Below, piece after piece: positions 57,201 through 64,000 of a stretch of DNA of 64,000 nt. Position numbers and translations under genes: made by a program. Each line of letters opens with the position of its first letter. Position 1 is the first letter of the stretch. The DNA lies in the NCBI GenBank assembly GCA_963709585.1, contig CAVPXI010000006.1:64001-128000 (forward strand), given 5' to 3'. The stretch is from Candidatus Dormiibacterota bacterium. Its GTDB lineage: Bacteria > Chloroflexota > Dormibacteria > Aeolococcales > Aeolococcaceae. Below the pieces are notes generated by a model. It had not been told where the DNA came from, made no database searches, and was given only the letters and a program-made list of their open reading frames with translations.

Positions 57201-58421
57201 CTACGTGGCTGCGACGAGGTGCTGGTGACTCGCTGCGCTGATCTGCTCAGGCGTCTCCTCGGGAGGCGCTCCGTTCCGAACAATAAGGACAATGGCGAGC
57301 GTCACCGCCAGGAGGGGGACGACCTCGGTCGCCAGCAGGGGCGCGAGACCGCGCGGGTAGATGAGCTGAGCCAGCGTGAACGCCCACCCGGCCGCGACCA
57401 CCGACCATGGGCGCGAGCGAGCCACGACCATGCCCAACGGCGCCAGAAAAAGGACATCGTAGGCGAGGGTGTGGAGACCGATCACGACGGCGAGCGCGAT
57501 CGCCACAGCCACGAACAGTGGGGTCTCGACGCGCCGGCGAATCCGGATCAACAGGAAGACGGCGATGCCGGCGAGTATCAGGAAACCGACCTCAGCCACG
57601 GCTGTGCTGCCGGTCCAGCGCGCGAGCGTTCCCGGCAGGCCGATGCCGATCTGAAATTCCTCGAGCCTGGTTGCGCTGCCGAGCCACTGCAGGCTGCACG
57701 AAGGTCCGACCATGAGCACGCTGATCGCGCCGATTGCGGCGACAGTCGCAGTGCACGCGGCCACCACCCGCCATCGGTGATGGATGACCAGGGCGATCAC
57801 GGCGAGGAAGATCAACTGGGGCTTGACCGCGGCAAGACCAAGCAGCACACCTGCAGCGAGGTCCCGATGCCTCCTGAGCAGGTCGAGCGCCAACAACGTG
57901 GCAACCAGGAGCAGCGCGTCGTTCTGCGCCAGGCTGAACTCGGTGTTCGCGATCTCGTTGAGCAGAAGCGCGGCGACCACGGCCGCCATCAACCAGTGCG
58001 GCAGCCGGTTTCGGTCGCGCCAGAGCAGAACCGCGCAGGCGGCGAGCGCCACCGACAGCACGACCTCCCACAGGATCACCGCAGTCGAAAGACGCAGTCC
58101 CGCAAGCGGAGCGTTGAGAAGGGTCATCACCGGTGGCTCGTTGAAGCGCCAGATGAGATCCGCCGACGCCGAGGGCGCAACCAGCCCCGGAACCAGGTGG
58201 GAACCGGCGAGCTGCACCGATCGCGAATAGATGCACCCGAGCCCCGCGGCCTGGGCCTGGTGGGTCGCGGCGACGCCCGCGAAGTCCGAGGTCTGGGGAT
58301 AGATCACGGCATAGCGAACGGCGCCAACGGCCATCGCGATGGATCCGGTGACGCTCGCGAGCGCGACGAGGAGTAGCGGTCTCCGGCGTGGACTGTGCGC
58401 TCGAAGTCCTGGAAGGGGCAT
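57201..58421 (-). CDS. GT-C fold glycosyltransferase (GT87/DUF2029)
   Basis: SDF, F.EPP, AQND, VKPQL and H...YD motifs; multi-TM. Confidence 0.8.
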   Translation of the reverse strand: MPLPGLRAHSPRRRPLLLVALASVTGSIAMAVGAVRYAVIYPQTSDFAGVAATHQAQAAGLGCIYSRSVQLAGSHLVPGLVAPSASADLIWRFNEPPVMTLLNAPLAGLRLSTAVILWEVVLSVALAACAVLLWRDRNRLPHWLMAAVVAALLLNEIANTEFSLAQNDALLLVATLLALDLLRRHRDLAAGVLLGLAAVKPQLIFLAVIALVIHHRWRVVAACTATVAAIGAISVLMVGPSCSLQWLGSATRLEEFQIGIGLPGTLARWTGSTAVAEVGFLILAGIAVFLLIRIRRRVETPLFVAVAIALAVVIGLHTLAYDVLFLAPLGMVVARSRPWSVVAAGWAFTLAQLIYPRGLAPLLATEVVPLLAVTLAIVLIVRNGAPPEETPEQISAASHQHLVAAT

Positions 58422-58473
58422 CTGCGCGACGAACCTAACCCGGGCGATCGATCGCCGCCGGGGACGTTACCGA

Positions 58474-59742
58474 CTAGCTACGGCTTTGGGCGCCGCCCAG
58501 GCCGGCGACGCGCAACCTCGGTGCGTTCGCGAGCCGGCCGGTTCGCGCGGTCGCGATACAAGCGAGCGCAGCCGCCACCATCAATGCCCACCCGGCCAGC
58601 TGTCCCGGCGGGAAGGCCGCCCCGTCGATGAGGTCGGCGCCGGCGGCGACGTTGATCAGCAACCACGCTCCGAAGACGAGTGCGACCGGCGACGTGAACG
58701 TCAACACCGCCGATCGCGCGCGCCGTGCCGCCGCGGCAGCGCCGATCACCAGGGCCGGTGCCAGCATCACGAGATCGTCCGGGTAGGCGTGTGGTGATGC
58801 GAGCAGCGAGAGCACGGCGGCGCCGACCAGCGCCGCGTCCAGACGCCTCGGGTCGCGGCGCACGGTCATCCCGAGCCACAGCGCGGCTGCGCACGCAAGC
58901 AGGGATGCGACGAGCCCGATCACGTGCGCCACCAACCCATTGCCGGCCACCGAGCCCACCACCCCGATGAAGCTCACCATGGTCGCGAGCTCCCACCTGG
59001 TCGTCGACGAGGCGAGGACGCCGACGAACCCGGCGAGTTCCGCCGGCCCGACGAGGGCGAGCGACGCCACCGCGAGCCCCGCAGCACCGGCGATGGCGCC
59101 GGCGATGACCCTGCGTTCTCGCCAGCCGAGCAGGAACGCCAGGAGTCCGAGGGCGAGATGCGGTTTGGCTATCCCCGCCGACACCACAAGCACCGCAGCT
59201 CCGGTCGCCAGACGCCCGCACTTCCACGACCGATAGGCAACCACCAGACCGAGGGCGAGCAGCGGCGTCCACTGCGCCTGTACGAACGTCGTCAAGGTCC
59301 CCAACCCGGCGAGCGCCGCGGCACCTGCCGCCACCTGCCACAGGCGCGGCGTGCCGGCCGGCCACTCGACGCTCCGGACCGCCAGCACCACGGCGAGAAC
59401 CAGCACCGCAAGCTCGAGCACCGACCACAGGCGATACGCCGCATCGAGGGACAGCACCGTCGCAGGCAGCACGAGCGCGGCTGCCACCGGGGTGTTGACG
59501 AACGGAAGGTCCCCCTCGTGATCCGGGGCGATCAGCGCGCTGTGCAACGGCTGCTGCACCGCCTGGCTGTAGAGGTCGCCGGTGTGCCCCTCGCGGAGCA
59601 GCGTGCCGCCGACGTAGAACGCGGTGAAGTCACTCCGACCCACATCGAAGCTGCTGACCTGGGTCCACATGACCGCGTATGCGACCAGCACAGCCGCGGC
59701 AATCGCGATGATCAACCGGGCAGACCGGAGAGATCCGCTCAC
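58474..59742 (-). CDS. GT-C fold glycosyltransferase (GT87/DUF2029)
   Basis: SDFTAFY, LY, PFVNTP, AQ, KPHL and SPHAYPDD motifs; paralogous to 37647-38918. Confidence 0.85.
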   Translation of the reverse strand: MSGSLRSARLIIAIAAAVLVAYAVMWTQVSSFDVGRSDFTAFYVGGTLLREGHTGDLYSQAVQQPLHSALIAPDHEGDLPFVNTPVAAALVLPATVLSLDAAYRLWSVLELAVLVLAVVLAVRSVEWPAGTPRLWQVAAGAAALAGLGTLTTFVQAQWTPLLALGLVVAYRSWKCGRLATGAAVLVVSAGIAKPHLALGLLAFLLGWRERRVIAGAIAGAAGLAVASLALVGPAELAGFVGVLASSTTRWELATMVSFIGVVGSVAGNGLVAHVIGLVASLLACAAALWLGMTVRRDPRRLDAALVGAAVLSLLASPHAYPDDLVMLAPALVIGAAAAARRARSAVLTFTSPVALVFGAWLLINVAAGADLIDGAAFPPGQLAGWALMVAAALACIATARTGRLANAPRLRVAGLGGAQSRS

Positions 59743-59888
59743 CTCTGGCAGCCTATCCGCTGAGATCGCGGAAGCCCGATGCGTTATCAGCCCGTCACAG
59801 TGCGAGCGCGGCGCTTTCGTATGTCCGTTCGGGGCATCGATGGGAAGAGGATTCCCCGACCGTGCGCGCTGCTGCGACACTTGCCACC

Positions 59889-60254
59889 ATGATCACCGCC
59901 ACCCACGCCGTCCTGTACGCCGACGATCCCGACCGGGCCAGGGCGTTCTTCCGCGACGTGCTCGAGATGCCCAACGTGGACATCCATGGCGGATGGCTCA
60001 TCTTCAGACTGCCTCCCGCCGAGCTCGGGATCCATCCGTCGGGCGAGGGCTCCCCCGGTGGGCACCACGAGCTCTTCCTGATGTGCGATGACATCGATCG
60101 CACCGTCGACGAGCTCACCGCAAAAGGCGCCGAGTTCTCCGGGCCGATCAGCACCGCACGATTCGGACGCCTGACCCGCATACGCATCCCCGGCGGCGGA
60201 GAGATCGGCCTCTATCAGCCGTCGCACCCGACCGCATACGACCTCGACCCCTGA
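59889..60254 (+). CDS. VOC/glyoxalase family protein
   Basis: RAFFRDVL, GGWLIF.LPPAELGIHP, LMCDDI and PGGGEIGLYQP motifs. Confidence 0.88.
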   Translation: MITATHAVLYADDPDRARAFFRDVLEMPNVDIHGGWLIFRLPPAELGIHPSGEGSPGGHHELFLMCDDIDRTVDELTAKGAEFSGPISTARFGRLTRIRIPGGGEIGLYQPSHPTAYDLDP

Positions 60255-60299
60255 AACGCTCGGTCGTCACGGTCGGGAACGGGTCGGTACCATGATGCG

Positions 60300-61217
60300 A
60301 TGAGTTCCCAACCCCATCGGCAGATGATCCAGGCGCCGGACGGCCGGCAGCTCGAGGTCGTCTCCGACGGACCGAAGGACGGGCGTTGCTTCCTCTTTCA
60401 CAGCGGAACGCCGTCAGCGGCTGCTGCCTACCCGCCGCTGGTCGCGGAACTCGCCAAGCGAAGTCTGCGCTTCGTGACGTTCTCTCGCCCCGGATACGCC
60501 GGGTCGTCCGCCATGGCGGGTCGGGCTGTGGGCGATGTGGCAACCGACGTGCAGGCCATCCTCGACGCGCTGAAGATCGGTTCGTTCTTCTGCGCCGGCC
60601 AGTCGGGTGGTGGTCCCCACGCGCTGGCATGCGCGGCCCTCCTCTCCGACCGAGTTCTCGCTACGGCGACGCTCGCCGGGGTGGCGCCGTGGCCGGCCGA
60701 GGGGCTCGACTGGCTCGCGGGCATGGGGCCCGAGAACCTTGAAGAGTTCGGCCTGACCATGAAAGGTAGAGACGCGCTCGAGCCCTATCTGGAACGTGAA
60801 GCTTCGTCCCTACGGGGTGTGCAGGCCGCAGCAGTGGCGGCTTCCTTCGGAGGGCTGGTCAGTGACGTCGACAAGGCGGCGCTGACCGGTGATTACGCCG
60901 TGCACATGGCCGCCAGCCTTCAACGTGCCGTCTCGACCGGGATCGCCGGGTGGCGGGACGACGACCTCGCGTTCGCCGCCCCATGGGGATTCGATCTGGC
61001 GTCCATCGAGACCCCGGTCGCGGTCTGGCAGGGGGGCGAGGATCGGATGGTGCCGATGGCGCACGGTGCCTGGCTGGCAGCGCACGTCCGGGGGGCTGAG
61101 GAGCACCTCCTCCCCGATGAGGGTCATCTTTCGCTCGCGCTCAATAAGATCGGCGATGTGCTGGACGGCTTGCTCGCGATGGGCGAGGCCGCGGCGCACC
61201 CGGCTCACGCATCGTGA
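60300..61217 (+). CDS. Alpha/beta hydrolase
   Basis: RPGY..S, GQSGGG nucleophile elbow, WQGGED and EGHLS motifs. Confidence 0.9.
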   Translation: MSSQPHRQMIQAPDGRQLEVVSDGPKDGRCFLFHSGTPSAAAAYPPLVAELAKRSLRFVTFSRPGYAGSSAMAGRAVGDVATDVQAILDALKIGSFFCAGQSGGGPHALACAALLSDRVLATATLAGVAPWPAEGLDWLAGMGPENLEEFGLTMKGRDALEPYLEREASSLRGVQAAAVAASFGGLVSDVDKAALTGDYAVHMAASLQRAVSTGIAGWRDDDLAFAAPWGFDLASIETPVAVWQGGEDRMVPMAHGAWLAAHVRGAEEHLLPDEGHLSLALNKIGDVLDGLLAMGEAAAHPAHAS

Positions 61218-61269
61218 ACACCGTATAGTCGCCGCAGCCTTCGAGGACGCGGAGAGGAGATCAACACCA

Positions 61270-62145
61270 ATGACACCTGATGAGGTCAAGCAGAGCATCA
61301 CCGGTTGGTGCGCGTCCGACGACGACCTGGAGATGGCTTCCGACCGCTTCGAGCCGGGCACGGACTTTTCCTTCGGACTGAAGGCAGGCACCCTGAGCAG
61401 CGCGCCGGTCGACCTCGTCGTGCTCAAGGCTGCCGGCGCCGATCGGGTCACCATCCGGCGGAGCGTGACGCTCACCGGCGACCAGGTCGATGCAGCCAAC
61501 CAGCTTGTCGCCTCGCGTCCCGGCTCGGTCACCGCGGCGATCGAACGCTCCGGGGCGGACACCGCGGTCGTCGCGCAGACATACGTCTACCTCGACGGGT
61601 TGAGCAAGCACACATTCGTGCAGGCCGTCGCCGAGCTGGCACGGACCAGCACGCTCCTCGATGCGATCGGGGGTGTCGCCACGGCATCCGAGGTCGATGA
61701 GGAGGCCGCGACCGTCGCATCCGACTCCCTCGATGCGGACGCCGAGCCCGACTCCACCGCGATCCCTGCCGCATCGACGTTCCAGCAGCCGAGTCCGATG
61801 CCACAGCCGCTGCCCACGCCCAGCTTCGCGCCACCGCCGGTGCAGGCACAACCGGTCCAGCCGAGCCACACCCCGCAGCCGGTGCAGGCCTATCAGGCGC
61901 AGCCGGTGCAGGCGCAGCCGGTGCAGCAGCCCGCCCCGATGGGTGGATGGGCGCCGAGTCACTCCGTTCCCCCGCAGGGACTCCGCGCGTGGGGCGCTCC
62001 GGATCCGTCCGGACCCGTGGTCGCCAACCTCGCGCCCGGATTGCCCATCCAGGTCGCTGAAGTCCGAGGAGCGTGGGCGCGGGTGATCTGCTCCAACGGG
62101 TGGACCGGCTGGATCGACGGCCGGATCATTGGCGTCGCTGCCTGA
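61270..62145 (+). CDS. Hypothetical protein with Pro/Gln-rich linker and C-terminal SH3-like domain
   Basis: SD GAGGAG; QPVQA repeats; W..PD...V..L..G..IQV.EVRGAWARV...NGWTGWIDGR. Confidence 0.7.
   Translation: MTPDEVKQSITGWCASDDDLEMASDRFEPGTDFSFGLKAGTLSSAPVDLVVLKAAGADRVTIRRSVTLTGDQVDAANQLVASRPGSVTAAIERSGADTAVVAQTYVYLDGLSKHTFVQAVAELARTSTLLDAIGGVATASEVDEEAATVASDSLDADAEPDSTAIPAASTFQQPSPMPQPLPTPSFAPPPVQAQPVQPSHTPQPVQAYQAQPVQAQPVQQPAPMGGWAPSHSVPPQGLRAWGAPDPSGPVVANLAPGLPIQVAEVRGAWARVICSNGWTGWIDGRIIGVAA
61835..61930 (+). repeat. Coding tandem repeats (CCGGTGCAG/QPVQA)
   Basis: At least four CCGGTGCAG(GC) units within the linker. Confidence 0.7.
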
Positions 62146-62157
62146 CCCTCGGCCAAC

Positions 62158-62371
62158 GTGACCGAGGTGAAAGCCGAGCTGGTCGGCAATCTCTGGAAGA
62201 TCGTGGTCGCGGTGGGGCAGGCCGTCGAGGAGGACGACACGCTCATGGTCCTCGAGTTCGATGAAGATGGAGATCCCGATCACGACCCCGGTCTCGGGCA
62301 CGGTCGCGCAGATCCTTGTGGCTGAGGGTGAGGTCGTGCAGGAAGGGCAGACGGTCGCGATCATCGACTGA
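62158..62371 (+). CDS. Stand-alone biotin/lipoyl carrier protein (apparent frameshift at ~62256)
   Basis: A..VGNLWKI.V..G..V...D; LE[S]MKMEIP restored at GAGTTC 62254-62259; G.V..I.V.EG..V.EG. Confidence 0.85.
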
Positions 62372-62435
62372 GCGGGGCTGGTGACCGTCCCGCGATGATG
62401 GTGGCGCGCGCCGGCGCGCGTGCGACGATGAATTG

Positions 62436-63213
62436 GTGAATTCGAGCCAGCTCGACACGATCAGCGTCAAGACGTCGGACAACGTCACGCTGGGGTACAG
62501 CGTGGCCGGCCTGGGCAGCCCGGCTGGTGGCCCAGATCCTGGACAACCTGATCGCGCTGCCACTCGCGCTGGTTGCGATCCTGCTCTACGGGGCTCTCGC
62601 CGGCGTTTTCGTGACCAGTGCCCAGGGTGCAGGGTTCGCCGGTGCCGGCGCGGGATTCTTTGCCGGGTTCGTCTACTTCGGCTACTTCTTCGTGGCCGAA
62701 GCGGTGACCGGTGGCAAGACCCCGGGCAAGAGCGCCATGGGTCTGCGCGTCATTCGCATCGACGGCTCGGCTGCAAGCTTTGGCGCTCTCGCGGTCCGCA
62801 ACGTCATCCGTATCGTCGACGTTGCCGTGCTCCTGATCGGCGTCGTGGTGATGTTCTTTCAGCCGCAGACCCGCCGCCTCGGCGACCTCGGCGCCGGCAC
62901 GATCGTGGTTCGCGACCGGGCGATGGTCACGCTGGCAGCGGCGGTCACTCCGCCGCCGGTGATGCTTCGGACCCCCGACGCGGGGCCGCCCATCGACGGG
63001 CTCGACCGGATCGGGAGCTTCGAACGCGACGCGCTGCGCGTCTTTCTCTCGCGCCAAGGTCTGAGCCAGAAGCTGCGCGCAGACCTGGCAGCCGACATCG
63101 CGAAGCGCCTGCTCGACAAACTCGAACTGCCGTCGACAGCGCCGGAGCGCCTCTGGCCGCCCGAGCTGTTCATCGAGCGCATCTACCTGCAACTCGATCA
63201 GCGCCATCCATGA
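62436..63213 (+). CDS. RDD family protein (apparent frameshift at ~62520)
   Basis: T..NV.L.Y.VAGLGS[R]LVAQILD, GKTPGK..MGLRV, RN..R.VD and RRLGDL.AGT.VV motifs; extra C in AGCCCGG. Confidence 0.85.
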
Positions 63214-64000
63214 GCCTCGACGCGTTCATCGCGGAGCGCCAGGGGCGATGGTCCGCCCTGGAAGCGGCGATCAAGACCGCGAAACGCGGACGCCTGCGCA
63301 CGCAGTCCGCGAGCGACATCGAGAACTTCGGGCTGTTGCTCCGGCAGACCTCGAGCGACCTCGCGATCGCTCGCCGCGATCATCCGGACGCGCCGATCAC
63401 CGAGTACCTCAACACGCTCTGCGCGAGAGCGCATCCGCTGCTATATCGGGGCTCGCCGTGGCGTGCGGGGTCGATCGGGCCGTTCTTCGCGACCGCGCTG
63501 CCCCGATCGTTTCGGGCCGCATGGCCATACATCCTTGCGAGCCTGGCGCTCATGGTGATCGGCTTCATCGCGGGCTGGGTCGCGGTGTACGTGCGTCCCG
63601 ACCTGCGCGCGTCGCTGGTGCCATCCTCACTTTTTGACGAGATGGCGCGCGGCCAGATCGGAACGGGCGTGCAGGACGCGCCGTTCGCGGCGGCATTCAT
63701 CATCCAGAACAACATCCGCGTGGCGCTCATCTGCTTCGCCGGTGGCATGTTGCTCGGTATCCCTACCGTGCTCGTGCTGCTCGCCAACGGGTGGATGCTC
63801 GGGACCGTCGCTGCCGCCGTGCACCTGGGCGGCTACGACTATCAGTTCTGGTCGCTGATCGTCCCTCACGGCGTGCTCGAGCTCAGCGTGATCGTGATCA
63901 GCGGTGGCACCGGCCTCATGCTCGGCGCCGCGATCCTTCGCCCCGGGCAGCTCCGTCGAGGGGAGGCGCTAGCGCGAGTGGCGGTGCGCGCAGTGCTGCT
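63210..64000 (+). CDS. Stage II sporulation protein M-like (DUF95) membrane protein, 3' truncated
   Basis: MSLDAFIAERQGRW..LE, QTSSDLAIAR, NNIRVA..CFAGG, NGWMLG and IVPHGVLEL motifs; ATGA overlap with the RDD gene. Confidence 0.88.
   Translation, partial: MSLDAFIAERQGRWSALEAAIKTAKRGRLRTQSASDIENFGLLLRQTSSDLAIARRDHPDAPITEYLNTLCARAHPLLYRGSPWRAGSIGPFFATALPRSFRAAWPYILASLALMVIGFIAGWVAVYVRPDLRASLVPSSLFDEMARGQIGTGVQDAPFAAAFIIQNNIRVALICFAGGMLLGIPTVLVLLANGWMLGTVAAAVHLGGYDYQFWSLIVPHGVLELSVIVISGGTGLMLGAAILRPGQLRRGEALARVAVRAVL

Noticed and set aside
61835-61930. CRISPR-like repeats
   Set aside because: Short in-frame coding repeats with no unique spacers of constant length; no cas genes in the window.
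22348-62259. Calling the frameshifted genes pseudogenes or programmed frameshifts
   Set aside because: The breaks share one DNA motif in both orientations, hit housekeeping genes (pdxT, methylmalonyl-CoA mutase) and show no other decay, so a systematic sequencing error is more parsimonious.

Overview
High-GC bacterial chromosome segment, mostly core genes. The gene content is suggestive of a Ca. Dormibacterota-, Chloroflexota- or Actinomycetota-like soil organism; this is inference only. Left to right: (1) a pyrimidine operon, pyrB-pyrR-pyrC followed by one continuous carA-carB reading frame, headed by a PyrR-binding leader; (2) alkA; (3) a phosphate/polyphosphate cluster (response regulator, ppx, phoU, ppk1, CYTH-CHAD, SixA-like); (4) an isobutyryl-CoA-mutase-type large subunit with meaB; (5) two LCP proteins, a beta-propeller protein and a PPi-type PFK; (6) a long acyl-CoA catabolic region (3 acyl-CoA dehydrogenases, thiolase, sucCD, pccB, methylmalonyl-CoA mutase, mce, 3-hydroxyacyl-CoA dehydrogenase, SCP2, FadF-like, enoyl-CoA hydratase); (7) tmk, an R3H-AAA protein, pdxST, tRNA-Pro and tRNA-Arg; (8) a 1.6-kb islet bounded by a 16-bp duplication of the tRNA-Arg 3' end, carrying an SOS-boxed DUF222-HNH gene and no integrase; (9) a GT-C/GT2/nucleotide-sugar cluster; (10) RDD and SpoIIM-like genes. 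Most notable: nine gene frameshifts all fall at GAGTTC/GAACTC and are repaired by restoring GAGTC, probably a methylation-linked sequencing artefact; the integrase-free tRNA islet; and two long palindromic elements that sit in open reading frames at gene junctions (carA/carB and sucC/sucD). No CRISPR array or rRNA was seen. All calls come from reading the sequence by eye, with no database searches.
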